From contig CAWGNI010000001.1 in the NCBI GenBank assembly GCA_963823925.1, forward strand, positions 19,608 to 83,607: DNA of 64,000 bases, in the 5' to 3' direction. The notes below the pieces were generated by a model. It was not told the DNA's origin. It ran no database searches and saw nothing but the letters and a program-made list of their open reading frames with translations. The position numbers and the translations under genes were made by a program. This document shows, one piece after another, positions 40,958 through 49,797 of this stretch. Origin of the DNA: an uncultured Chloroflexia bacterium (GTDB lineage: Bacteria > Chloroflexota > Limnocylindria > Limnocylindrales > CSP1-4). Positions within the stretch are counted from its first letter, which is position 1; the number at the start of each line of letters is the position of its first letter.

Positions 40958-41482
40958 CTAATGCCGGGTCTGCTCGTCCGGGCCGCCCTCGCCGCCGGTG
41001 GCGTAGTCACGGTTTCGGAGATACCCCTCTTCGGTCGGGACGGCCGGCCGAGCCGTGAACTTCTGGCCCTCGGTGTCGTCTTCGGTCGGGACGGCCGGCC
41101 GAGCCGTGAACTTCTGGCCCTCGGTGTCGTCTTCGGTCGGGACGGCCGGCCGAGCCGTGAACTTCTGGCCCTCGGTGTCGTCTTCGGTCGGGACGGCCGG
41201 CCGAGCCGTGAACTTCTGGCCCTCGGTGTCGTCTTCGGTCGGGACGGCCGGCCGAGCCGTGAACTTCTGGCCCTCGGTGTCGTCTTCGGTCGGGACGGCC
41301 GGCCGAGCCGTGAACTTCTGGCCCTCGGTGTCGTCTTCGGTCGGGACGGCCGGCCGAGCCGTGAACTTCTGGCCCTCGGTGTCGTCTTCGGTCGGGACGG
41401 CCGGCCGAGCCGTGAACTTCTGGCCCTCGGTGTCGTCTTCGATCGGGGCGGCTGATTCGCCCGGACGGTGCTTCTGGTCCAT
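40958..41482 (-). CDS. Acidic tandem-repeat protein, 174 aa: 8 identical 17-aa units (DDTEGQKFTARPAVPTE)
   Basis: Internal ATG of ORF 40958..41503, with AAGGAG 5 nt upstream. The chosen frame has G/C at 15 of 17 third positions per unit, against 11/17 and 8/17 for the other two minus frames. No signal peptide or TM segment. Confidence 0.7.
   Translation of the reverse strand: MDQKHRPGESAAPIEDDTEGQKFTARPAVPTEDDTEGQKFTARPAVPTEDDTEGQKFTARPAVPTEDDTEGQKFTARPAVPTEDDTEGQKFTARPAVPTEDDTEGQKFTARPAVPTEDDTEGQKFTARPAVPTEDDTEGQKFTARPAVPTEEGYLRNRDYATGGEGGPDEQTRH
41028..41441. repeat. Perfect tandem repeat, 51-bp unit x 8 (plus 6 bp of a ninth, diverged copy)
   Basis: Unit TCTTCGGTCGGGACGGCCGGCCGAGCCGTGAACTTCTGGCCCTCGGTGTCG starts at 41028, 41079, 41130, 41181, 41232, 41283, 41334 and 41385 with no mismatch. 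Confidence 0.97.
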
Positions 41483-41667
41483 CGTGTCTCCTTCTGGTGC
41501 CATATCGCCCGTCGCCTTTTCGGGCCGTTACCGAGAGAGTAAAGGGTCGAATACGCACCGCGGAAGCCCAGGTCGGACTTCAACGCTGTCGGATGGCCGA
41601 CATCCGGCACGGCGAGCACCGCCGCAGTCCGCCGGTCCGAGGACGATCCTGGGCTCGAGTGACAAGC

Positions 41668-42537
41668 TCAATAGACCTCAGGGATGAAGGTCTGGTCCGA
41701 CATCGGCGGCCGGATGTACCCCTGATCGTCCTGACGGGGCGGCAGGACGATGGGTTCGGGGGTGAGGTCCTGGTAGGGGATCAGGCCGAGGAGATGTCTG
41801 ATGAGGTTCAGCCTCGCCCGCTTCTTGTTGTCCGCGTTGACCACGTACCAGGGCGCCTGCTTGATATCGGTGTAGGAGAACATCTCATCCTTGGCTCGCG
41901 AGTACTCGACCCAGCGCGAGCGGGATTCGAGATCCATCGGGCTGAGCTTCCAGCGTTTGGTCGGGTCCTCAAGTCGGCTCTGGAAGCGGCGTTCCTGCTC
42001 GGCGTCGCTGACCGAGAACCAGTACTTGACGACGATGATCCCCGAGTGCACGAGCATCCGCTCGAAAGCAGGGCAATCGCGCAGGAAGTCCTGGTATTCC
42101 TGCTCGGTGCAGAAGCCCATGACCCGTTCGACCCCGGCGCGGTTGTACCAGCTCCGGTCGAACAGGACCATCTCCCCGGCGGCCGGCAGGTGCGCGACGT
42201 AGCGCTGGAAATACCACTGGGACTTCTCACGCTCGGTCGGCGTTCCCAGGGCGACGACCCGGCAGAAACGCGGATTGAGGGTGAGGGCGAGCGTCTTGAT
42301 CGCGCCACCTTTCCCCGCGGCGTCGCGGCCCTCGAAGATCACGACGACGCGAAGACCCTTCTGCTTGATCCACTCGAGTTGCTTGACGAGTTCGACCTGG
42401 AGGATGGCGAGCTCGCGGAGGTACGCCTTGTTCGAGAGCGTCCGGACGGCGGAGCCGATCTCCTCGACCGGCGGATCTGCCCACACGTCGGCCAGTTCGG
42501 TGCTTTGCTGCTGCTGTTCGTCCCTCGTCCTGGCCAC
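41668..42537 (-). CDS. ppk2: Polyphosphate kinase 2 (single-domain PPK2)
   Basis: GTG 42537 inside ORF 41668..42909, GAGGTG upstream. Walker A FEGRDAAGKGG, also FDRSWYNR and DxxxKRWKLSPMD. Confidence 0.9.
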   Translation of the reverse strand: MARTRDEQQQQSTELADVWADPPVEEIGSAVRTLSNKAYLRELAILQVELVKQLEWIKQKGLRVVVIFEGRDAAGKGGAIKTLALTLNPRFCRVVALGTPTEREKSQWYFQRYVAHLPAAGEMVLFDRSWYNRAGVERVMGFCTEQEYQDFLRDCPAFERMLVHSGIIVVKYWFSVSDAEQERRFQSRLEDPTKRWKLSPMDLESRSRWVEYSRAKDEMFSYTDIKQAPWYVVNADNKKRARLNLIRHLLGLIPYQDLTPEPIVLPPRQDDQGYIRPPMSDQTFIPEVY

Positions 42538-42626
42538 GGCGCACCTCGGTTGCCGGTCGCGCCCCACACGCGGCGCCCGCAGAGATGATAGCCCTCGTAT
42601 CGCGCGATCCCGAGCGTCGGGCGACG

Positions 42627-43211
42627 CTAGCCGGTCGGGATCTCGATACCCTCGCGCCGAAGGAGATCTCGCTTCATCGCGATCCGCTCCTCTCGGCCGC
42701 CCCATGCGTCGCCACCGTACCCGCCGATCGTGCCATCGGCGGCGACGACTCGGTGACACGGGATGAGCAGGCCGACCGGATTGCGCCCGACGGCACCGCC
42801 GACGGCACGAGCCGCGCGTGGCGCGCCGATCCGCCGGGCGATCTCGCCGTAGCTCGCGGTGTGACCCCATCCGATACCCGCCACCGCAGCAAGGACTCGA
42901 CGATCCCATCCCGGCCGATCGGCAAGGTCGAACGACACATCATGCCGCGGCGGGCGCCCGTCGAGCAGCGATCCCAGGGCAGCCACGGCGGACACAAGGT
43001 GGCTCCGAGCCGGCTCGTCGCCATCCGGATCTGCGACATCCGGATCCACGACGTGGCGGGGATCGCCGCCGAGGCGACGACGCAGGCGTGCTTCGAGCGA
43101 CGGGCCGGTGGTGAACCACTCGACCGCAACGACCCCGTCCCGGGTCGCGGCCACATGGAACGGCCCCCAGGGCCCGGGGACCGTCGTCCAGATCGCGATC
43201 CGCTCCTCCAT
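42627..43211 (-). CDS. ogt: Methylated-DNA--protein-cysteine methyltransferase
   Basis: 194 aa with active site IPCHRVV and YGEIARRIGAPRAARAVGGA. Confidence 0.9.
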   Translation of the reverse strand: MEERIAIWTTVPGPWGPFHVAATRDGVVAVEWFTTGPSLEARLRRRLGGDPRHVVDPDVADPDGDEPARSHLVSAVAALGSLLDGRPPRHDVSFDLADRPGWDRRVLAAVAGIGWGHTASYGEIARRIGAPRAARAVGGAVGRNPVGLLIPCHRVVAADGTIGGYGGDAWGGREERIAMKRDLLRREGIEIPTG

Positions 43212-43242
43212 GCCCGGGAGTCTCGCATAGTCGGCACCGTGA

Positions 43243-43259
43243 TATACTCCATGGGAGTA
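43243..43259. promoter_or_regulatory. Operator candidate, same 17-mer as 679-695; extended here to the perfect ATACTCC-ATG-GGAGTAT
   Basis: 7-bp arms with a 3-nt spacer. The right arm runs into the copA ATG (43259). TATACT at 43243-43248 could serve as the -10 for a near-leaderless transcript. Confidence 0.55.
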
Positions 43260-45595
43260 TGAGCGACACGCCGTCCACCGCAGAGCTGGCCATCCCGATC
43301 GAGGGGATGACCTGCGCTTCCTGCGTCAACCGGATCGAGCGGTTCCTGAACAAGACGCCGGGCGTTGAGTCCGCTGCGGTCAACCTCGCCACCGAAGTGG
43401 CGACGATCCGCTTCCGGACCGACGTGGCCGACGAGTCCGACCTGGTCGGTGCGATCGAGTCGGCTGGATATGAGGTCCGCGAACGAGCGGCTCCGGAGCC
43501 GGACGCCGCGCCCAGACCCTGGTCGAGGCGTTCTCCGAGGACGACCTCGCCCGCGAACGGGCAGCCCGCGACCTGCTCTTCAGGTCGTCGGTTTCGATCG
43601 CCGTCTCGATCGGGATCATGATCCTCATGTTCGGGCCGTGGAACTCGATCCCGATGACCGACCTCAACCGGCTCGTGCTCGTGCCGGCAACGTTCATCCA
43701 GTTCTGGGCGGGCGGTCGCTTCTATCGGTCCGCCTGGCGAGCCGCTCGCCACCGCACGACGGGCATGGACACCCTCGTCGCGATCGGGACCAGCGCCGCC
43801 TGGGCGTACAGCGTCGTCGTCACCGTATGGCCCGGTCTGGTCGAGTCGGCCGGGATCGCGCCGGTCACGTACTTCGACTCCTCGACGATCATCATCGGTC
43901 TCGTCCTGCTCGGCCGCTGGTTGGAGATGCGCGCCAAGGCGCGCACGACCGGGGCGATCCGTCGACTGATCGGGCTCAGTCCGACGACGCGCGAAGCTGG
44001 TGGTCGACGGTGTCGACCGGGATGTCGATCTCGAGATGATCCGGGTCGGTGACCTGCTCCGTGTCCGGCCGGGTGACACGGTCCCGGTCGACGGCATCCT
44101 CATCGAGGGTGGGTCATCGGTGGACCTGTCGATGCTCAGCGGGGAGCCGATCCCGGTCGATGTCGGACCCGGCGATGAGGTGATCGGTGCTGCGCGCAAT
44201 CTATCGGGCAGTTTCGTCATGCGCGCGACGCGCGTGGGCCGCGACACGGCCCTGGCCAGGATCGTCGACCTCGTCCAGCGTGCCCAGGGTTCCAAGGCGC
44301 CGATCCAGCGACTGGCCGACCGGATCGCTGCGGTCTTCGTGCCGATCGTCCTGATCACGTCCGTGGCGACCTTCGTCATCTGGTACCTGGCCGGACCGGA
44401 ACCCCAGCTGACCTATGCGTTGACCGCGTTCATCAGCGTGCTGGTGATCGCCTGCCCATGCGCGATGGGACTGGCGACCCCGACGGCGATCATGGTCGGC
44501 ACGGGCCGGGGCGCAGAGGCCGGGATCATCATCCGCGGCGGCGACGCACTCGAAACGGCCCATCGGGTCGGGGCCGTGGTCATGGACAAGACCGGCACCC
44601 TGACCATCGGCCACCCCTCGGTCACCACCATCGCCCCGGCAGCCGGCTACACGGCCGAGCAACTCCTCGACATCGCCGGTTCGCTCGAGCGCGGCAGCGA
44701 GCATCCGCTGGGCACGGCGATCCTCGAGCGGGCCCGCGTCGACGAACTCGGTTTCCTCGCGGTCACCGATTTCGCCGCGGTCGTCGGCGGGGTCGAGGGC
44801 ACCGTCGCCGGGCCTGACCGCCAGCATCAGGTGCTGGTCGGCGATCGGCGGATGCTGGCGAGTCGTGGCATCGACCTCGCGCCGATCGACGCGGAGGCGA
44901 CGGCCGCGGAGACCGCCGGCCAAACGGTCGCACTCGTCGCCATCGACGACGTCGCTGCCGGGGTCATCGCGCTCGGCGATCCGATCAAGCCGACGGCCGC
45001 TGCCGCGGTCCGGGCCCTGACCGAGATGGGCGCCGAAGTCTGGCTGGTCAGTGGCGATGGGCGGATCACCTGCGAGGCGGTCGCACGCCAGGTCGGGATC
45101 CCGGCCGATCGCGTCGAAGCGCAGGTCCTCCCCGCGGACAAGGTGGCGGCGATCGAACGACTCCAGGCTCGCGGCCTCGTCGTCGCCATGGTCGGTGACG
45201 GGATCAACGATGCACCTGCCATCGCCCAGGCGGACGTCGGGGTGGCGATCGGGACTGGCGCAGACGTCTCGATCGAGGCGTCCGATATCACCCTCATCGG
45301 CGGCGACCCGCAGGCGGTCGCGGTCGCCATCGAACTGTCGCGCGCGACGATGACCGTGATCCGTCAGAACCTGGGCTGGGCGTTCGGGTACAACATCGTG
45401 CTCATCCCGATCGCCATGGGTGTCCTCTATCCGGCCTTTGGGATCACCCTCGATCCGGCGCTCGCCGCCGGGGCCATGGCCCTGTCGTCCGTGTCCGTGG
45501 TCACGAACTCGCTGCGCCTGCGTGGCTTCCATGGCAAGTCGCCCGTACACTCGGCGGATGCACGAGCCGTCGCCCCAGGGAGCAGTCCCGGTTGA
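43259..45595 (+). pseudogene. copA: Copper-translocating P1B-type ATPase, two frame disruptions (43474-43513 and about 43990)
   Basis: HMA domain GMTCASCV is in ORF 43259... The frame of ORF 43618..44052 carries QTLVEAFSEDDLARE...FIQFWAGGRFY...GMDTLVAIGTSAAW. ORF 44000..45595 carries KLVVDGVDRDV...CPC (VIACPCAMGL), DKTGTLT and GDGINDAP. Confidence 0.9.
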
Positions 45596-46062
45596 CCCAC
45601 GCGACCTCGACGGCGTCTTCGGCCACGAGGTCGAGATCGAGGTCCGGTTCGCCGATACCGACGCGCAGGGGCATGTCAACAACGCGAGCTATCTGACCTA
45701 CTGCGAGACGGCTCGGCTCCGCTACTGGACGGACGTCACCGGCGAGACGTTCGGAGCCGCCACCGGCGGGCCTGAGAGCCTGATCCTGGCCGAGGCGAGG
45801 ATCACCTATCGTGCGCCGGTCTTCTACGGAGACATCGTCACGGTGCAGACCCGGGCGACCCGCATCGGACGGTCATCGTTCACGCTCGAGCATCGCCTCC
45901 TGGCGGCCGTCCGCGGCCGACCGCAAGCGGCTCGCCGCCGTCAGCGACTCGGTCCTCGTCCGGTACGACTACGCGGCCGCGGCGCCGGTCGCGCTCAGCC
46001 CGGATCGGATCGCCGCCATCGAGGCCTTCGAGGGCGCGACCCTCACCGGTCGGCGTACCTAG
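45558..46062 (+). pseudogene. 4HBT/YbgC-type acyl-CoA thioesterase, frame-disrupted near 45915
   Basis: ATG 45558 in the frame of ORF 45420..46307 (EVEIEVRFADTDAQGHVNNASYLTYCETAR...FTLEHRLLAA). The C-terminus is in ORF 45811..46062 (ADRKRLAAVSDSVLVRYDYAAAAPVAL). Confidence 0.75.
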
Positions 46063-47327
46063 GACCCGTCGATCGCCCGGAAGATCGCAACCGCATTCTG
46101 GCCACCGAACCCGAAGCCATTGACCGCGACCGTCTCCACCCTGGCCTTCCGTGCGGTGAGGGGCACGTAGTCGAGGTCGCATTCCGGATCGGGGGTGTGC
46201 AGGTTCGCGGTGGGCGGGATGATGCCATCGCGGATCGCCCCGATGCCTGCCAGGGCGGAGGCGATCCCGGCGGCCCCCACGAGGTGGCCGATCATCGATT
46301 TCGGTGAGCTGATCGCGACCTTGTAGGCATGATCGCCATAGGCCGCCTTGATCGCCCGGGTCTCGGTCACGTCATTGAGTTGGGTGGCCGTCCCGTGGGC
46401 GACGATGTAGTCGATCTCGTCCGGCGCGACACCGGAATTGCGCAGCGCGGACGTCATCGACCGAGTCTGGCCACGGCCGGTCGGATCGGGGGCACTGATG
46501 TGGAAGGCATCGGCGGTCAGGGCGCCGCCAAGGATCTCGGCGAGGGGCGTGGCACCGCGTTCGAGGGCATGGGCCAGCGACTCGACGACGACGACCCCGG
46601 CCCCCTCCCCGAGGACGAAGCCATCGCGTGTCGCGTCGAACGGGCGGGAGGCAGTTGCTGGATCGTCGTTCCGCTTCGACAGGGCCGTCATGTTGGAGAG
46701 CGCGGCCAGTCCCATCGGCCAGATCGGCGCCTCCGACCCTCCCGTGAGGACGACATCGCACTCACCGGACCGGATGAGCCGAAACGCGTCGTGGAACGCG
46801 ATGACCGAAGTCGCACACGCCGCGACCTGGGTCATCACCGGACCGGTCAAGTGGTACTTCATCGACAACATGCACGCGCCCATCGAACCGGACAGGGCGG
46901 GTACCGCGAACGGGCTCACGAACCGCGGACCCTTCTGATCGTGGACGTGGGTCCCGTCGATGATCTGCTCGATCCCGCCCCCGCCCGTGTTCACGACGAC
47001 CCCGACCCGGTCACGCTGGTCTTCGGTCATGGCCTCGAAGTCGATCCCCGAGTCCCGAACGGCCTCGCTGCCCGCACCCATCGCCAGCTGGATGAAGCGG
47101 CTCATCCTCCGGGCCATCTTCGCGTCCATGACCGTGGCTGGATCGAAATCGACGACCTCGGCTGCGATCCGGACCTCGAACGCCTCTGCGTCGAAGCTTC
47201 TGACCATTCGGGTGCCGGTCACCCCGGCGAGCAGGTTCGACCAGTAGGTCGGGAAGTCATTGCCGATGGGCATGACGGCACCGAGGCCGGTCACCACGGC
47301 GCGACGCGCGGGATCCTGTTCAGGCAC
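46059..47327 (-). CDS. fabF: Beta-ketoacyl-ACP synthase II
   Basis: 422 aa with active-site Cys in VAACATSV, plus HGTATQLND and GHLVGAAG. Confidence 0.9.
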   Translation of the reverse strand: MPEQDPARRAVVTGLGAVMPIGNDFPTYWSNLLAGVTGTRMVRSFDAEAFEVRIAAEVVDFDPATVMDAKMARRMSRFIQLAMGAGSEAVRDSGIDFEAMTEDQRDRVGVVVNTGGGGIEQIIDGTHVHDQKGPRFVSPFAVPALSGSMGACMLSMKYHLTGPVMTQVAACATSVIAFHDAFRLIRSGECDVVLTGGSEAPIWPMGLAALSNMTALSKRNDDPATASRPFDATRDGFVLGEGAGVVVVESLAHALERGATPLAEILGGALTADAFHISAPDPTGRGQTRSMTSALRNSGVAPDEIDYIVAHGTATQLNDVTETRAIKAAYGDHAYKVAISSPKSMIGHLVGAAGIASALAGIGAIRDGIIPPTANLHTPDPECDLDYVPLTARKARVETVAVNGFGFGGQNAVAIFRAIDGS

Positions 47328-47412
47328 GAGGCCTCCTCACGGCTGGGTTGTCATCTGATTGTACGGAGGGCCCGACATCGCGCCGAGAACGGGGAACGTC
47401 GCCGCGACCCGT

Positions 47413-48687
47413 TCAATCGCCGTCGTAGCGCTTGAAGATCACCGCGCCATTGTGGCCGCCCAACCCGATATTGTTGGAGAGGCCGTAGCGGATCCGATGA
47501 TCCGTCGATTCGGCGACGACCCACAGGTCGCAGTCGGGATCCGGGTCACGGTAGTTGATCGTCGCGGGCACGCACTGCTCGTGGATCGACTTGACCGTCG
47601 CGAACGCCTCGAATGCGCCGGCGGCTCCCATCATGTGCCCGGTCATCGACTTCGTCGCGCTGATCGCCAGCGAACGCTCGGACCCGCCTGCCCGCGGCCC
47701 GAACACGGTCCAGATGGCTTCGGCCTCGCGCTTGTCGCCGAGTGGTGTCGAGGTCCCATGTGGATTGATCAGGTCGACCTCGTCGGCGGGCACACCCCGG
47801 CGGTCGAGCGCCATCTTCATGGCCCGAGCCGAACCGGCCCCCGCGTCGATCGGCTGGATCATGTCCCAGCCGTCTGCCGCCGACCCATAGCCGACCACCT
47901 CCGCATAGATGGTCGCGCCGCGGGCCTTGGCCAGTTCCAGATCCTCGAGGAAGAGCGATCCGGCCCCCTCGCCCAGGACGAACCCGTCGCGGGTCAGGTC
48001 GAACGGCCGGGAGACCGTCTCCGGGCCTTCGCCGGGCCGGGGCATCCCCATCCCGCGCATGTTCGAGAACCCGGCATGTCCGACTTCCAGGAGCGGCGCC
48101 TCGGTCGATCCGGAGATGACCGCGATGCAGTCGCCGCGTCGGATGGCCTCGGCCGCCTCACCGATATTGTGGGTCCCGGTCGCGCAGGCCGAAACGACGC
48201 ACATGTTGTGGCCGATCGCGCCCGTTTCGATGGCGATCATCCCCGAGCAGCTGTCGACCAGTGCGTTGGCGATGAACGTCGGCGCCACGGTTCGTGGGCC
48301 GCGCGCCTTCATCGAGACATAGTTGTCGATCATCAGCATCTGTCCGCCCGCGCCGGAGCCGAAGATCACGCCGACATCAGTCCGGTTCTCGTCGGTGATC
48401 TCGAAGCCTGAATCCGCGAGCGCCTGCTTGGCGGCCGCGACGCCGAAATGCAGGCTGGGTTCGCTGCGTCGGGCCGCCTTCGCGTCCATCCACGCCGTCG
48501 CGTCGAAATCCTCGACCTGGCCGCCGAGTTTCGCGTCGTAGGGCGTGGTGTCGAAGCGGGTGATCTGCCCGAGCCCGGACACGCCGTCGACCAGGTTGCG
48601 CCAGACGGTGGCGACGTCGTTACCGACGGAGCTGATGACGCCGAGACCGGTGACGGCGACGCGACGATCGTAGTCGGGCTTGCGCAA
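47413..48687 (-). CDS. Beta-ketoacyl-ACP synthase (KasA/FabF-like), second copy
   Basis: 424 aa with VSACATGT, HGTSTPLGD and GHMMGAAG. Confidence 0.9.
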   Translation of the reverse strand: MRKPDYDRRVAVTGLGVISSVGNDVATVWRNLVDGVSGLGQITRFDTTPYDAKLGGQVEDFDATAWMDAKAARRSEPSLHFGVAAAKQALADSGFEITDENRTDVGVIFGSGAGGQMLMIDNYVSMKARGPRTVAPTFIANALVDSCSGMIAIETGAIGHNMCVVSACATGTHNIGEAAEAIRRGDCIAVISGSTEAPLLEVGHAGFSNMRGMGMPRPGEGPETVSRPFDLTRDGFVLGEGAGSLFLEDLELAKARGATIYAEVVGYGSAADGWDMIQPIDAGAGSARAMKMALDRRGVPADEVDLINPHGTSTPLGDKREAEAIWTVFGPRAGGSERSLAISATKSMTGHMMGAAGAFEAFATVKSIHEQCVPATINYRDPDPDCDLWVVAESTDHRIRYGLSNNIGLGGHNGAVIFKRYDGD

Positions 48688-48716
48688 GAGTGGTTCCTCC
48701 TCGTCGACGGCCTGGT

Positions 48717-49679
48717 TCAGGCCGATGCGTTGGCGATGTCAAGCAGGCGGTCGAACGATCCCGGGTCATCTGCTGGGATGACCTCGGCGTCCGGGGCGAT
48801 CCGTTTGATGAGGCCGGTGAGCACGCGTCCCGGACCGATCTCCACGAACGTGGTGATCCCTGCGGTTCGCATCCGTTCGACGATCCGGATCCAGTCGACC
48901 CCGGCGGTCAGATGTTCGACGAGTTCGATCCGGCAGGCGTCCGCCGTCTCGATCGGTCGAGCGTCGGCGTTGGCGAGCAGGGGCGCTTCCGGATCGGAAA
49001 AGGCGATCCCGGCGAGTGCTCCCCGCATCCCGTCGGCAGCTTCGGCCATCAGCGGGGAGTGGGCGGCGACCGAGACCGGCAGGACGATCGCCCGCCTGGC
49101 GCCGAGGGTCCTGGCCAGTTCGGCCCCGGCTTCGACCGCGGGTCGTTCCCCGGAAACGACGACCTGGCCGGGCGCGTTCCGGTTGGCCACGACGAACACG
49201 CCGTGTCGCGCCGCCTCGTCGACCAGTTCCGGAAGGCGAGCATCGTCCAGTCCGATGAGCGCAGCCATCGCACCGTCCCGACCCTGACCCGACGCCTGCA
49301 TCAGGCGCCCACGTTGTCGCACGAGACGGACGCCATCCTCGAGCGAGAGGGCGCCCGCTGCCACGAGGGCCGAATACTGGCCCATCGAGTGGCCGGCGAT
49401 GAACCTCGGGGCCGGGGCGGGGACGCCGGCCGCTGCCCAACGTTCACGGATCGCGGCCAGGATCGCCATCGACGCCGCCAGGATGGCCGGCTGGGCGTTC
49501 TCGGTCAGGTCGAGGTCTTCGGCCGGACCTGACCAGGCCAATCGGCTGATCGGCTCGCCGAGGGCTCGGTCGGCGGCTGCGAAGACGGCGGCGGCGGCTG
49601 GCGATGTGTCGGCGAGGGCCTGACCCATGCCGACGGTCTGTGAGCCCTGGCCCGGGCAAACGAAGGCAAGCTGTTGCAT
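48717..49679 (-). CDS. fabD: Malonyl-CoA:ACP transacylase
   Basis: ATG 49679 inside ORF 48717..49949. MQQLAFVCPGQGSQTVGMG, and GHSMGQYSAL containing the nucleophile. Confidence 0.9.
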   Translation of the reverse strand: MQQLAFVCPGQGSQTVGMGQALADTSPAAAAVFAAADRALGEPISRLAWSGPAEDLDLTENAQPAILAASMAILAAIRERWAAAGVPAPAPRFIAGHSMGQYSALVAAGALSLEDGVRLVRQRGRLMQASGQGRDGAMAALIGLDDARLPELVDEAARHGVFVVANRNAPGQVVVSGERPAVEAGAELARTLGARRAIVLPVSVAAHSPLMAEAADGMRGALAGIAFSDPEAPLLANADARPIETADACRIELVEHLTAGVDWIRIVERMRTAGITTFVEIGPGRVLTGLIKRIAPDAEVIPADDPGSFDRLLDIANASA

Positions 49680-49797
49680 GGCCCCCAGCGTAGTCGCGGG
49701 ACGCGGCGTCCTCGCACGTCGAGCGTGCATGGTTGCATGTATCTCGGGCCCGCCGTACGCTTCGATGGTGCGCGACGAAACCGCCCCGGGCCGGCGT

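Noticed and set aside
41028-41441. Possible CRISPR array (regular direct repeats)
   Set aside because: The repeats are contiguous with no spacers, the 51-bp period equals 17 codons, they lie inside an ORF, and there are no cas genes.
40754-41687. Five alternative repeat-containing ORFs over the 51-bp array (40754..41455+, 41055..41687+, 40879..41619-, 41007..41558-, and the longer start of 40958..41503-)
   Set aside because: All frames stay open because the unit lacks stops. I kept only the minus frame with the best GC3 (15/17), a proper AAGGAG and non-junk flanks. The others give Arg/Ser/Pro- or Gly/Arg-rich repeats typical of off-frame GC-rich DNA.
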